Shown in pieces: positions 10,271 to 20,982 of a stretch of DNA of 64,000 bases; the first letter of the stretch is position 1, and each line of letters starts with the position of its first letter. A program made the translations under genes and the position numbers. Origin of the DNA: an uncultured Gammaproteobacteria bacterium (GTDB lineage Bacteria > Patescibacteriota > Patescibacteriia > Patescibacteriales > UBA12465). The stretch spans positions 6,624 to 70,623 of the forward strand of contig CAZIJG010000002.1 of the NCBI GenBank assembly GCA_964539545.1, written 5' to 3'. The notes beneath the pieces were generated by a model. It searched no databases. It was not told where the DNA came from and saw only the letters and a program-made list of their open reading frames with translations.

Positions 10271-10591
10271 TTAAAGCTCTTTATTATTTAATGTCCTCAC
10301 GGACAAGATTTCTGTGGCCTGAACGCTAAAATTAACGCCATCAATAGCTCCTCTATAGTTTAAAACCAAAAGAGAATTAAGGCCTTTTTCATTTAATTCA
10401 TCAGAAATTACATTACTAGCTTTTGCCAGAATTTTTTTTAAAGTGTTAATTTTCACCAATTTTTTATCAACACTGTTAATAACATTGTTGAGTTTACCAG
10501 TAATCTTAAAACGTACATCACCACTTACATGAACGACATCGATAACTTCTGACTGGATGACTGCTCCTTCTTCCAAAATAGTGTTTTCCAT
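10271..10591 (-). CDS. Hypothetical protein, resembles C-terminal part of 9449-9859
   Basis: 106-aa ORF with own TTGACA promoter; DELNEKGLNS vs NELERNGMNS. Confidence 0.6.
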   Translation of the reverse strand: MENTILEEGAVIQSEVIDVVHVSGDVRFKITGKLNNVINSVDKKLVKINTLKKILAKASNVISDELNEKGLNSLLVLNYRGAIDGVNFSVQATEILSVRTLNNKEL

Positions 10592-10738
10592 GGCTATATC
10601 TATTTATATTAATAAAGAACTCAAGTTAATTAATCCTACTATTTCCCTCTTGCTATGTCAATATTGAAAAAAGAAGGGTCAACATAATAGTTGACCCTTT
10701 AATCTGTAATAATGAATTGTTAAATTTGTTTAATAACT

Positions 10739-11116
10739 TTAATGAACAGTGTTCCTAAAGGAACAATTTTCCCAAAGAGGGATGAGAAGTTTAGATTCCA
10801 GTTGAGTCAGTAACGGGGATTTTGCAATCAAACCATGTTGTATCCCCTCAATTTTGACGATAGCACTATGTAAATGATAATACCAATCCAAAACCTTATA
10901 ATGACAATAATTCCACCAGTGATTGATGCTTACAACCCTATAACGCTGTAGACGTAAATTTTGGCTAAGCACCGGTACTATTGGTACTGTAGTCCGTTGT
11001 GGTAGTACAGCCTTACCATCTAGGGAAACTATTGCTTCCTGACTAATAGTGTAAACTTGCTCATCTTGTGCTGGGCTTAATGCTATAAAAAAAATAGCTA
11101 AGATCAACAATTTCAT
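10739..11116 (-). CDS. Hypothetical secreted protein
   Basis: Signal peptide-like MKLLILAIFFIALSPA; downstream hairpin. Confidence 0.6.
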   Translation of the reverse strand: MKLLILAIFFIALSPAQDEQVYTISQEAIVSLDGKAVLPQRTTVPIVPVLSQNLRLQRYRVVSINHWWNYCHYKVLDWYYHLHSAIVKIEGIQHGLIAKSPLLTQLESKLLIPLWENCSFRNTVH

Positions 11117-11210
11117 AATGAACGATTTAAATGTAATTAAATTATATCTGATAAAAATATTTTTGTAAAGAAAAAGACTGCAAAAATGCAGTCTTCTTCA
11201 TATTCTTGGG

Positions 11211-11294
11211 TGCCGCGGGGGAGACTCGAACTCCCACGGTATCACTACCACTGGATTTTAAGTCCAGCGCGTCTACCAGTTCCGCCACCGCGGC
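11211..11294 (-). tRNA. tRNA-Leu(TAA)
   Basis: GCCGCGG acceptor, CTGGA-CTTAAAA-TCCAG anticodon arm, long variable arm. Confidence 0.96.
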
Positions 11295-11300
11295 GCCTTG

Positions 11301-11688
11301 TGGAGATGGTGGGAATCGAACCCACGTCTAACAAACCATATTTAAATAAGTTTACAGAGATATTTCAGCTTAAAAATTAAAAATAGCCGTTTAAACCGAA
11401 CAAAATCGACTATTTCTGTCCTCTTGAGGTTTCGATTCTAAAGACAAAGGCAAGCTTTAAAATCTATTTTCATAATTAACACCTGGAACCCAACTATGAA
11501 AACTCGTTGGCCAGATGGTTGTAGCGATTTTAGGCTACAACTGGCGCAAAACTAGGAACTTTCCATGAGAAAGCCTTTGCTTTGCTAGTAAATGTTTTTG
11601 CAATTACTTGTTTTAAGCTAGATTAACGTGTTAACTCAATCACGCTCTGAATATTTAATAGTGTCTGCTATCGATGCCGATCATCCCC
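11301..11688 (-). ncRNA. ssrA: tmRNA; tag frame 11530-11601 = AKTFTSKAKAFSWKVPSFAPVVA*
   Basis: 5' GGGGATGATCGGCATCGA, 3' GGGTTCGATTCCCACCATCTCCA; TAATT-GCA resume codon; directly downstream of smpB. Confidence 0.95.
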
Positions 11689-11692
11689 AAGC

Positions 11693-12154
11693 TTACACTT
11701 TTCTCTTTGTTAACGATCTTAACCTTCTGTCTAAATCTCGCTTCTTGATATCTTCTCTCTTATCAGCTTGTTTCTTACCTTTAGCTACAGCAATCTCTAA
11801 CTTCAAAAAGCTATGTTTAGTATATATTCTTAAGGGAATAAGTGTCAAGCCAGCTTCCTTAGACTTGCCCAATAATCTATTAATTTCTGATCTATGAAGC
11901 AATAATTGTCTAGAAGCTTGGGCTTCATAATTTTCAACTATTCCCGCTGGTCTATACAAAGGAATGTGAGCTTGCAACAAAAATGGTACTAAATTTCCAT
12001 TTTGTTTTTTAAAACTAATATAGCTACCCTTAAGATTTGCTTGATTACCTTTGACTGCTTTAACTTCATAACCCTTCAGAATCAGACCTGCTTCGTAAGT
12101 TTCTAAAATATGATAATTATGTCTAGCTTGTTTGTTCAAGGCTAGGGTAGCCAT
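11693..12154 (-). CDS. smpB: SsrA-binding protein
   Basis: NKQARHNY, EAGLILKGYEVKA, LLLHRSEI, KGKKQADKRE. Confidence 0.97.
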   Translation of the reverse strand: MATLALNKQARHNYHILETYEAGLILKGYEVKAVKGNQANLKGSYISFKKQNGNLVPFLLQAHIPLYRPAGIVENYEAQASRQLLLHRSEINRLLGKSKEAGLTLIPLRIYTKHSFLKLEIAVAKGKKQADKREDIKKRDLDRRLRSLTKRKV

Positions 12155-12158
12155 AGTT

Positions 12159-13448
12159 TTATTTTTTAATATTCCATTCTTTAAGCTGAGAGATAACTTT
12201 CTGATTACCTAATAGATTACCGAGATATGCTCGATAGTGAGGAGCTTTAATCATGTCCTGAACCTTATCATCTCCTTTATACTGTTCCTTCAACTCTGCA
12301 ACTTTTGCGTCGATATCTTTATCAGTAATTTCAATTTTTTCTTTTTTAGCAATTTCTTTTACTAACAAAGCACTCTTTACTCTCTTTAGGGCTTCTGGAA
12401 GCATATCTATAGTTAATTCTTCTCGAGTCTTGCTAATACTGCTTAGATAGTCTTCAAATTTACCACCCTGACGTTCGATTGACTGCTTCATTTCTTCAAA
12501 CATGTTATTAGTTTCATGTTCAATTAATACTTCTGGTATATCGCCAAATTTAACATTCTTTAGAATTGCATCTAGTATAACGATTTCTGTTTTTTGTTCA
12601 TTTTTATGTTCCTTTTCATGCTTAATGTTATTAATTAGGTTGTCTTTTAACTCCTGTAGATTCTTAAATTGGAAGGCTGTAGCAAATTCATCATCTAACT
12701 TAGGGATGTCTCTTTCATAAACTTCTTTAATCCCAACTTTAAAATCTACCATTTTGCCAGCTAAGTGCTTTTGATGATGATTTTCTGGAAATGGCAAACT
12801 AAAACTCTTAGTCTCACCTTTCTTAGCCTTCAACAACTTTTTGTCTAAACCTGGTAAAAAATAATCTTTACCGATCAGTACTGTGGCATCTTGACTTTGG
12901 CCACCTTCAACCGGAACTTTATCTTGAAACATTTCAATTTTAGCTGTTACCTTATCTCCTTCTTTAATCTCTCTATCTACAACTTTTTCTTGAACTTTCA
13001 TTTCAGCTAATTGTTCAAGAGTTTTTTCAATTTCTTTATCCTCAACTTTAACTTCTTCTTTCTCAACTCCTAATTTTTTATATTCACCTAAAGTTATTTT
13101 TGGCAAAATAGCAATTTCCAGTTTATATTCTAAATCATTATCTGGAGCTAATTTGTTAATACTAACCTTAGGCTGTCCAACTGCTTGTTGGCTACCTATT
13201 CCTTCCTTCATAACTTTATCGAAGTTTTTACTAATAGCAATAGAGGCGGCTTCTTCTAAAATCGCCATTTCGCCTACCTTCTGTTTTAACACATCCAAAG
13301 GCACCTTACCTGATCTAAAGCCTTCAACCTTAACTCTCTTAGACACCTCTTCAGCTCCTTTAGCTAAATAGGGTTCAAACTCTTTCCAAGTTAAAGTAAC
13401 TGTTAATTCTACCTGGGATTTCTCCAGGTCTTTTTTCTTAATATCCAT
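12159..13448 (-). CDS. tig: Trigger factor
   Basis: GFRSGKVP ribosome-binding signature and FKBP-like middle domain. Confidence 0.95.
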   Translation of the reverse strand: MDIKKKDLEKSQVELTVTLTWKEFEPYLAKGAEEVSKRVKVEGFRSGKVPLDVLKQKVGEMAILEEAASIAISKNFDKVMKEGIGSQQAVGQPKVSINKLAPDNDLEYKLEIAILPKITLGEYKKLGVEKEEVKVEDKEIEKTLEQLAEMKVQEKVVDREIKEGDKVTAKIEMFQDKVPVEGGQSQDATVLIGKDYFLPGLDKKLLKAKKGETKSFSLPFPENHHQKHLAGKMVDFKVGIKEVYERDIPKLDDEFATAFQFKNLQELKDNLINNIKHEKEHKNEQKTEIVILDAILKNVKFGDIPEVLIEHETNNMFEEMKQSIERQGGKFEDYLSSISKTREELTIDMLPEALKRVKSALLVKEIAKKEKIEITDKDIDAKVAELKEQYKGDDKVQDMIKAPHYRAYLGNLLGNQKVISQLKEWNIKK

Positions 13449-13461
13449 AAGTCTTTTTATA

Positions 13462-15450
13462 TTAAACTAGTAGAGCTACGATAAGTAGAGCTACGATATT
13501 CAAAATTTTAATCATTGGGTTAATAGCTGGTCCAGCTGTATCCTTATATGGATCACCTACTGTATCCCCGGTAACTGCAGCTTTATGAGCTTCTGAGCCC
13601 TTACCACCACAATGACCATCCTCAATATATTTTTTAGCGTTGTCCCAGGCACCACCACCGGAAGTCATAGAAATAGCTACGAAGATACCAGTGACAATAG
13701 CACCAACTAATACACCTCCTAGAGCAGCTGGTCCTAATATAAAGCCAACAAGAATTGGAGTGATTACTGGGATCAAGGCTGGAACAATCATTTGTCTAAT
13801 AGCGGCCTTGGTAACAATGTCTACAGTTCTACCATAATCTGGTTTTTCAGTCCCTTCCATAATACCTGGCTTCTCACTAAATTGTTTTCTAACATCAGAC
13901 ACCACTGAACCGGCTGTTTTTCCTACCGCCTTCATAGACAAGGCAGCGAAATAGAATGGTAATAAACCACCAATAAATAAACCAGCAAGCACGTAGGGGT
14001 CATTAATTGCGAAACTAACACCATCGCCTAGACTATGGGTATAGTCAGCAAACAACACTAGAGCCGCCAGGGCAGCACTGCCAATAGCATATCCCTTGGT
14101 AACAGCTTTTGTAGTATTTCCTACTGCATCCAGTGGATCAGTAATATTTCTTACTTCTTCTCCTAATTCTGCCATTTCAGCAATACCACCAGCATTATCT
14201 GTGATTGGGCCATAGGCATCCATGGTCACAATAATTCCAGTTAGAGAAAGCATGGCGATAGCAGCTACGGCTACTCCGTATAAACCAACCAAGGAATAGG
14301 ATCCTAGGATAGCCGCTACGATTACCAACACTGGCCATAGAGTAGACTGTAATGAAACTGCTAAACCAGCAATCACATTAGTACCATGCCCAGTTTCAGA
14401 AGCCTTAGCAATATCTTTTACTGGTTTGAATTTAGTAGAAGTATAATATTCAGTAATCACAACTAATAGAGCAGTTACCACTAAACCAATCAGAGCAGCT
14501 AAATATACATCTACATAATTATAAATTGGGTTATCTTTAAAGAAATATACTGTTATAGGATAAAAACCAATGGCAGACAGAAGACCGGCAACACCTAAAC
14601 CTTTGTATAAAGCTCTCATAATATTCTTTTTCTTTCCTAGTCTGATAAAGAAAATTCCAATTACTGAAGCGACAATAGAAAGCGCTCCTAGTACTAAAGG
14701 ATAGATAATAACATTCTCATTACCAACAAAAGTCAGAGCTCCTAGAATCATAGCTGCAGTAGTAGTTACGGCATAGGTTTCAAATAGATCAGCGGCCATA
14801 CCAGCACAATCGCCAACGTTGTCACCAACGTTATCAGCAATTACAGCTGGGTTACGAGGGTCGTCTTCAGGGATACCAGCTTCAATTTTACCAACTAAGT
14901 CAGCTCCTACATCAGCAGCCTTGGTATAAATACCTCCGCCCAAACGAGCAAAGATAGAAATTAAAGAGCCACCAAAACTAAAACCGATTAAAGCGTATAG
15001 ATCGTGAGTTAATAAATAAAAGCCAGCTGTACCAAGTAAAGCTAAGCCAACTACTAACATACCAGTTACACTACCACCTCTTACTGCTACTTTTAGACCT
15101 TCTTTTAATCCCTTGCGGGCAGCTTCAGCAGTTCTAACATTAGCTCTTACACTAACATGCATACCAATATATCCCGCTAAACCAGAAAGTACGGAACCAG
15201 CTAAGAAAGCTAGAGCAGTTAACCATCCTAGACTAGGAATAAATCCAATTACAAAAAACAGGATTAGAGCCACAATACCAATAGTTTGATATTGACGATT
15301 TAAGAAAGCTTTAGCTCCAGTTTGGATAGCCTTAGCAATTTCTTGCATTTTGTCATTACCGCTAGGCAATTTAACAATTGAGCGAATAGCTATTACTCCA
15401 TAGATTAGAGCAATCAGTGCGCTACCGATGATAAAAATGGTGCTGACCAT
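13462..15450 (-). CDS. hppA: Membrane pyrophosphatase, predicted K+-independent H+ pump
   Basis: [26 protein letters not shown] (Lys marks K+-independent class), [11 protein letters not shown]. Confidence 0.96.
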   Translation of the reverse strand: MVSTIFIIGSALIALIYGVIAIRSIVKLPSGNDKMQEIAKAIQTGAKAFLNRQYQTIGIVALILFFVIGFIPSLGWLTALAFLAGSVLSGLAGYIGMHVSVRANVRTAEAARKGLKEGLKVAVRGGSVTGMLVVGLALLGTAGFYLLTHDLYALIGFSFGGSLISIFARLGGGIYTKAADVGADLVGKIEAGIPEDDPRNPAVIADNVGDNVGDCAGMAADLFETYAVTTTAAMILGALTFVGNENVIIYPLVLGALSIVASVIGIFFIRLGKKKNIMRALYKGLGVAGLLSAIGFYPITVYFFKDNPIYNYVDVYLAALIGLVVTALLVVITEYYTSTKFKPVKDIAKASETGHGTNVIAGLAVSLQSTLWPVLVIVAAILGSYSLVGLYGVAVAAIAMLSLTGIIVTMDAYGPITDNAGGIAEMAELGEEVRNITDPLDAVGNTTKAVTKGYAIGSAALAALVLFADYTHSLGDGVSFAINDPYVLAGLFIGGLLPFYFAALSMKAVGKTAGSVVSDVRKQFSEKPGIMEGTEKPDYGRTVDIVTKAAIRQMIVPALIPVITPILVGFILGPAALGGVLVGAIVTGIFVAISMTSGGGAWDNAKKYIEDGHCGGKGSEAHKAAVTGDTVGDPYKDTAGPAINPMIKILNIVALLIVALLV

Positions 15451-15469
15451 AATTTTAAATTTAATTTTA

Positions 15470-15772
15470 TTATTTATTAATCTTATTTTCCCACTTATCC
15501 ATTTTCTTAGAGAACAGCTCTTTAAGCTCTTCTAGGGAAAGTTTAGGATTAGCGTGGTGGATAACTGCAAAAGCTACCAACAGTACATCGACAGCTTCTT
15601 CAGTAATATCATTAGAATCAAGTCCTTTGTAAGCACAAGCAGAAACTTTTTCATGAGACATTACCGCTTCAGCTAATTCACCATATTCCTCAACTCCTTT
15701 TAGAGTTCTCTCTATTAGAGTCTTCGAATCTTTAATGGTTAAAGAATTAATCCTTTCTATAATCTTATTCAT
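15470..15772 (-). CDS. MazG-like nucleotide pyrophosphohydrolase
   Basis: EEYGELAEA and EEAVDV acidic motifs. Confidence 0.8.
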   Translation of the reverse strand: MNKIIERINSLTIKDSKTLIERTLKGVEEYGELAEAVMSHEKVSACAYKGLDSNDITEEAVDVLLVAFAVIHHANPKLSLEELKELFSKKMDKWENKINK

Positions 15773-15782
15773 ATTTATTTAT

Positions 15783-17120
15783 TTATTTTTTCTTATCTGT
15801 CTTCTCTTCTTTAGCTTCCTTTTTTACTTTCTTTTCTTTCTTATCGTCTTTTTCTTCCTTATCATCTTTTTTCTTTTTCTTATCATCTTTTTTTGCTTTT
15901 TTCTCCTCAGCCTCTTTCTTATCTTTCTTATCATCCTTCTTGTCGTCTTTCTTGTCATCTTTCTTATCTTTCTTATCAGCCTTTTCTTTCTCCTTTGCAT
16001 CAGTTGAAGTCACAGCTTCCTGGCCATCTACTATAATATCTATTTTCCAACCAGTTAGATGCGCCGCTAATCTAACATTCTGTCCATTTTTACCAATAGC
16101 TAAAGATAATTTATCTTCGGCTACTTTAACTATAGCCTTACCATCTTCTTCTTTCAAATCAATCCCTAAAACTTGAGCTGGGGACAAAGCATTGGCAATA
16201 AATTTACCTGGGTCTTCATCATATTCAATAATATCTACTTTTTCTCCTCCTAACTCATTGATAATAGTTTGGATTCTAGCGCCTCTTTGGCCAACACAAG
16301 ATCCGACTGGATCCACATTATCAGCTTCAGTAAAAATTGCTACCTTAGAACGAGAACCAGCTTCCCTGGCCACACCTTTTATTTCAATCAAACCATTAGA
16401 AACTTCTGGAATTTCTAAATAAAATATTTTTCTTAAAATTTCTTCAGAACGACGAGATAAAATAATTTCAGCTCCTTTAGCTCCTGACCTTACTTCTTTA
16501 ATAAACACTTTAACTCTTTCACCTGGATTATATTTTTCTCCAGGAATCTGCTCTTCATAGGGTAAATAACCAGCGGCCTTGCCTAAATCAACTAGCACAA
16601 ATCTAGCTTCACGTCTTTGAACAATTCCACTAACAACTTCATTTTCCTTATCTTTGAATTCATTAAAAATCATTTCTCTTTCAATTTCTCTTAATTTCTG
16701 TACAATCACCTGCTTGGCAGTTTGAGCGGCCATGCGACCATAGTTATCTGGAGCTGGTAAATCAGAAACAATTTCGTCTCCAATCTTTGCTCCAGATTTA
16801 AGAATTTTGGCTTCACTAATCTGAATTTCAGTCCTAGGATTAAAACGTTTAATTTCTTCACCATTTTCGTCTACAGTTGGTCTTTCATCTTCTGATTCAC
16901 CTTCTAATTCTTCTGGAATGTCCTCCGCTACTATTTTCGCATCAAAAATCTTCGATTTACCTGTTTTAGGATCAAATTTTACTCTAATGTTTTGATTTTT
17001 TTCACCGAAATCTTTGCGATAAGCAGCCGCTAAAGCTAACTCTATAGTAGAAACCACTGCATCAAAATCTAGATTCTTTTCTTCACATATTTGTTTAATA
17101 GCGCTAGATAATTCTGACAT
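15783..17120 (-). CDS. nusA: Transcription factor NusA with Lys/Asp-rich repetitive tail
   Basis: GRMAAQTAKQV, AREAGSRSKVA, SLAIGKNGQNVRLA. Confidence 0.97.
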   Translation of the reverse strand: MSELSSAIKQICEEKNLDFDAVVSTIELALAAAYRKDFGEKNQNIRVKFDPKTGKSKIFDAKIVAEDIPEELEGESEDERPTVDENGEEIKRFNPRTEIQISEAKILKSGAKIGDEIVSDLPAPDNYGRMAAQTAKQVIVQKLREIEREMIFNEFKDKENEVVSGIVQRREARFVLVDLGKAAGYLPYEEQIPGEKYNPGERVKVFIKEVRSGAKGAEIILSRRSEEILRKIFYLEIPEVSNGLIEIKGVAREAGSRSKVAIFTEADNVDPVGSCVGQRGARIQTIINELGGEKVDIIEYDEDPGKFIANALSPAQVLGIDLKEEDGKAIVKVAEDKLSLAIGKNGQNVRLAAHLTGWKIDIIVDGQEAVTSTDAKEKEKADKKDKKDDKKDDKKDDKKDKKEAEEKKAKKDDKKKKKDDKEEKDDKKEKKVKKEAKEEKTDKKK

Positions 17121-17235
17121 AATTTTAAAATTAAATTAGACATATTTGCCTACTCATTTAAAAAAGCCAATTGTATTAAACAACTAGCTTTTGTATATAT
17201 ATACTAACAATTGTTATGGAGTTTGTCAAAACAAA

Positions 17236-17679
17236 CTAGTAGTCTGGATTCAGATATTGGACCTCATTAGTGGTAATAGCTACCATTCGACGGAGAATGA
17301 AATATGAAAGACTCCAAGAAGCAAAGGCAATTACCAGTCCGATCATAGCATTGGTTATGTTTTTCTTGGCTTTCGACACCTGTTCTTCATTGCCGCCAGC
17401 AGTCATCCAGCGATAGCCAGCTAAAACTATGAGGACAAAAAATACTACACTTAAAAAACTAAGGGCAAGATTGACTACTTTTACTATAGTATATCTAATG
17501 TCTTGCGGAGTACCAGCTTCACCGTAAGCCTTTTCGCCGACCACTTTAATACCAACCTGAGCATCCCATAGCCCACCATCAGCTGAGGCCTTACTTGCCA
17601 TAGTCATGCCAATCGCTGGTAAAATTATAAATGTGAATAATAGTAAAAATGATGCTATTTTTTTCTTGGCGCTACTCAT
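17236..17679 (-). CDS. Pilin-like protein (TrbC/VirB2-like)
   Basis: GYRWMTAGGNEEQVSKAKKNITNAMIGL motif between TM helices. Confidence 0.8.
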   Translation of the reverse strand: MSSAKKKIASFLLLFTFIILPAIGMTMASKASADGGLWDAQVGIKVVGEKAYGEAGTPQDIRYTIVKVVNLALSFLSVVFFVLIVLAGYRWMTAGGNEEQVSKAKKNITNAMIGLVIAFASWSLSYFILRRMVAITTNEVQYLNPDY

Positions 17680-17726
17680 ACCCTTTATGTTATAATTTAA
17701 TTACTTATCTATTATACCAAAATTAA

Positions 17727-19160
17727 ATGCAACTACAAACTAAAATTGCCCACAATACGATAATCCAGGTCGCTAGCAAAGTAATTTCCACTGCCTTGGG
17801 TCTTGTTGCTATCGCTCTAATAACTAGATATCTAGGAGCTACAGGCTTTGGCGAATATACCACTATAGTAACTTTCATCTCATTCTTTGCTATTATTGCT
17901 GATTTTGGCTTGACCTTAATTACCGTACAGATGATTAGCTTACCAGGGATATCTGAAAAGAAAGTTCTAGATAACTTATTTGCTCTACGTTTAGTTAGTG
18001 CCGTAATCTTTTTAAGTCTAGGGCCGGCTATCGTTTGGTTTTTCCCCTATGACCATATGATTAAGGTAGGGGTGCTCATTTTAGCCCTATCTTTTTTATT
18101 TATAGCGCTTAATCAAATTTTAGTTGGATTGTTCCAAAAGAGATTGCGCATGGACAAAGTCTCTATCTCTGAAGTAGTCGGCAGAATATTTTTAGTAATT
18201 GGAGTTTGGTTAGCAGTAAAAAATAACCTTGGTCTAAACAGCATCCTATGGACAACTGTAGTCGCTAGTTTTGTTAATTTCTTGTTACATTTTGTTTTCT
18301 CACGTAAATTTGCCAAGATTAGTTTAGAGTGTGACTGGTCTCTATGGAAAAAAATTATTAAAAAGTCATGGCCCTTAGCAATAATTATTGTTTTTAATCT
18401 AATTTATTTAAAAGCTGATACTTTGATCTTGTCCCTGGTTCAACCTCAAGCTGAAGTTGGTCTCTACGGAGCTGCCTACAAAGTAATTGATGTGCTAATC
18501 ACTGTTCCTTTTATGTTTGCCGGCTTGGTATTACCATTCTTAACTAGCCATTGGGCTAAAAAAGAGACTTCGGCCTTTAAACATGTTCTACAAAAATCTT
18601 TTGACTTTATGTCTATTCTGGCTATCCCTATAGTTTTTGGTGTGGTCATCTTAGCCCCACAAATAATTCAATTGATTGCTGGCAATAAATTTGCTCAATC
18701 AGCAATGATTCTCAGAATATTAATCCTAGCAGCCTTCATGATTTTCTTGGGAACTTTATTCTCCCATGCCATCATTGCTATGAACAAACAGCGCAAGCTT
18801 ATTCCTTTGTATCTATTTACCAGCTTAACTGCTTTAGTCGGCTATCTTATCTTCATTCCTAAATACTCATACATTGGAGCTGCCTGGATGACTATCTACA
18901 GTGAAACTATGGTAGCTGCTTTATCTGGTTATTATATTTATAAGTTCGCCAAATTTATACCTCAGGCTAAAGTATTTTTTAAGGCTATCTTATCCGCTCT
19001 AATAATGTCTGGCGTCCTCTTATTAATACCAGCTAGTTTCACTTTCAACTGGCTCGGCCTATTAGCTACCATATTAATAGCTTGTCTAGTATACTTTACA
19101 ACTCTTTATCTATTTAAAGGGATTTCTCGTCAGGACTTAGCTTCTCTAAAGACTAAATAG
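17727..19160 (+). CDS. Wzx-like polysaccharide flippase
   Basis: TRYLGATGFGEY, ADFGL, VGLYGAAYK; many TM helices. Confidence 0.9.
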   Translation: MQLQTKIAHNTIIQVASKVISTALGLVAIALITRYLGATGFGEYTTIVTFISFFAIIADFGLTLITVQMISLPGISEKKVLDNLFALRLVSAVIFLSLGPAIVWFFPYDHMIKVGVLILALSFLFIALNQILVGLFQKRLRMDKVSISEVVGRIFLVIGVWLAVKNNLGLNSILWTTVVASFVNFLLHFVFSRKFAKISLECDWSLWKKIIKKSWPLAIIIVFNLIYLKADTLILSLVQPQAEVGLYGAAYKVIDVLITVPFMFAGLVLPFLTSHWAKKETSAFKHVLQKSFDFMSILAIPIVFGVVILAPQIIQLIAGNKFAQSAMILRILILAAFMIFLGTLFSHAIIAMNKQRKLIPLYLFTSLTALVGYLIFIPKYSYIGAAWMTIYSETMVAALSGYYIYKFAKFIPQAKVFFKAILSALIMSGVLLLIPASFTFNWLGLLATILIACLVYFTTLYLFKGISRQDLASLKTK

Positions 19161-19161
19161 T

Positions 19162-20220
19162 ATGTCTAAATTTTATATAACTAATTACAATGGTTTTCCC
19201 AAGGACTATTTCAATCCTCTATTGATCAAACTGGGAGAGAAGGGGTTTAAATTTAATTTCTTAGATAAGCCCTTATTCTCTAAAGATCTCCAGAAACTCT
19301 CCAGCCGAATATTATTCATCTTATCATTACCTATTTTATTTCTACGCGCCAAAAAAGTAATTGAGACTACAGCCCCAGTTACTATTATCTGTCATAGCTG
19401 GTCAGACAGATTCGTCTTCACCTTATTAAAAAAATATAAAAACATAACTATACAATGGTGGTTTTTTCCTCAAGCAGAAGTTAAAGCCCCTTGGTTACAA
19501 AAATATTTAAAGAAACAAACGACTGGTGTTAAATTTATAGCGTTTACTCCAGCTGAAGTTGAGAAAATAGATAAAATTTGGGATGAAGCTACAGCCTTAG
19601 CTCCTCTAGGAATTAAACTTGCTGATAAAAGTCATCAGGATTCTATCTTCGGAGGACTAGGGCGATCTCCTAAACTAAACTTCTTTCATAAATATTTCAC
19701 TATCATTGCTGCGGCTGATTTAAACGAACCAAATTATATTGAGACTATTATCAAGAGCGTACCGGAACTACTAAAGGTAGTGAAAAATCTACAACTTTTA
19801 GTTATTTCTCCTCAAAATACCTATGAGCGTTGGGAGTGGCTAAGCAAACAGATGGAAGTAGAAAAAAATGTCTGGTTCCTAAAAGAACCTCAGCACTTTA
19901 AAAACTGGCTAGAAAGCGGTACCTTGTTTTTCTTGGGCAACAAAGCTCCTAAAATTAATCAACTACACTGGTTATTTATGGCAATGGCTCAGGGTCTGCC
20001 AACCATCGGTTTTAAAAACCAAGGACTAGAAAGCTTTATATTAAATAATAAGTGTGCTTTAATAACTGAACCTGGTAGAGAGAATTTCGTACAATCAATC
20101 ATAACCCTGGCCAGGGACAACCAGTATAAAAAAGAACTTTCACTAAATACCAAGCGTTTAATAAATAGTGAACATAACCTATCAAATCAATTAGAGATTT
20201 GGGAAGAAATATTAAACTAA
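19162..20220 (+). CDS. Divergent GT-B (GT4-like) glycosyltransferase
   Basis: C-terminal MAMAQGLPTIG; follows flippase. Confidence 0.6.
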   Translation: MSKFYITNYNGFPKDYFNPLLIKLGEKGFKFNFLDKPLFSKDLQKLSSRILFILSLPILFLRAKKVIETTAPVTIICHSWSDRFVFTLLKKYKNITIQWWFFPQAEVKAPWLQKYLKKQTTGVKFIAFTPAEVEKIDKIWDEATALAPLGIKLADKSHQDSIFGGLGRSPKLNFFHKYFTIIAAADLNEPNYIETIIKSVPELLKVVKNLQLLVISPQNTYERWEWLSKQMEVEKNVWFLKEPQHFKNWLESGTLFFLGNKAPKINQLHWLFMAMAQGLPTIGFKNQGLESFILNNKCALITEPGRENFVQSIITLARDNQYKKELSLNTKRLINSEHNLSNQLEIWEEILN

Positions 20221-20221
20221 C

Positions 20222-20932
20222 ATGGACATAGAAATAATTGCTAAAACTAAAAATTACATTGTTATAAATAAACCAGCTGGAATACTAGTTCATCCTCGAG
20301 CTGGCAATCCGAATGATGTAAGTTTAGTCGATTGGCTAACTAAAAAATTTCCTAGAATAAAAAAGGTAGGAGAAAATCCTTCTCGCCCTGGTTTGGTGCA
20401 TCGTTTAGATAGAGAAGTAAGTGGTCTAATGGTAATTGCTCGTAATCAAAAATCTTTTTTAAACTTAAAACAACAATTTAAAGATCGTAAAATAGATAAA
20501 TACTACACAGCTCTAGTACATGGACAGATTAGTGAACCGGTAGGAAAAATAACTTTTCCTATCAAACGTTCTAGCAAAGGATTCAAGATGGCAGCTGTGC
20601 CGACTAATTATGAAGCTACAAATAATGCTAAATCTGCTATCACTAGATACGAGACCCTAAAACAATATAATAACTTCACTTTATTAAAAGTTAAAATTGA
20701 AACTGGGCGAACTCATCAAATTAGAGTTCACTTCTTAGCCTTAGACAGCCCTATTGTAGGAGATTTTCTCTACTCAACTAAAAAAAGCCAATTAAGAAAT
20801 AAGAAAATTGATTTAAATAGGCTTTTCTTGGTAGCAGACAAATTAGCTTTTACTGACCGCAAAGGACAAAGAAAAGAATTTACTATTGGTATGCCAACCG
20901 AATTAAAAAAAGCTCTAGAGATTATAAAATAG
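20222..20932 (+). CDS. RluA/RluD family pseudouridine synthase
   Basis: NKPAG, VHRLDREVSG, TGRTHQIRVH. Confidence 0.95.
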   Translation: MDIEIIAKTKNYIVINKPAGILVHPRAGNPNDVSLVDWLTKKFPRIKKVGENPSRPGLVHRLDREVSGLMVIARNQKSFLNLKQQFKDRKIDKYYTALVHGQISEPVGKITFPIKRSSKGFKMAAVPTNYEATNNAKSAITRYETLKQYNNFTLLKVKIETGRTHQIRVHFLALDSPIVGDFLYSTKKSQLRNKKIDLNRLFLVADKLAFTDRKGQRKEFTIGMPTELKKALEIIK

Positions 20933-20982
20933 TTTAAACAATTTTTAAACAAATATCATAAACCGCTGTTTATAATCTATCT

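Noticed and set aside
11186-11380. Plus-strand 64-aa ORF
   Set aside because: Antisense to tRNA-Leu and tmRNA.
15783-16000. KDDK-type tail on NusA (and K/E tail on S1)
   Set aside because: Charged low-complexity tails are common in this kind of genome; no evidence of a distinct system.
15735-16007. Very hydrophobic Phe/Leu ORF
   Set aside because: Antisense shadow of the Lys/Asp-rich NusA tail.
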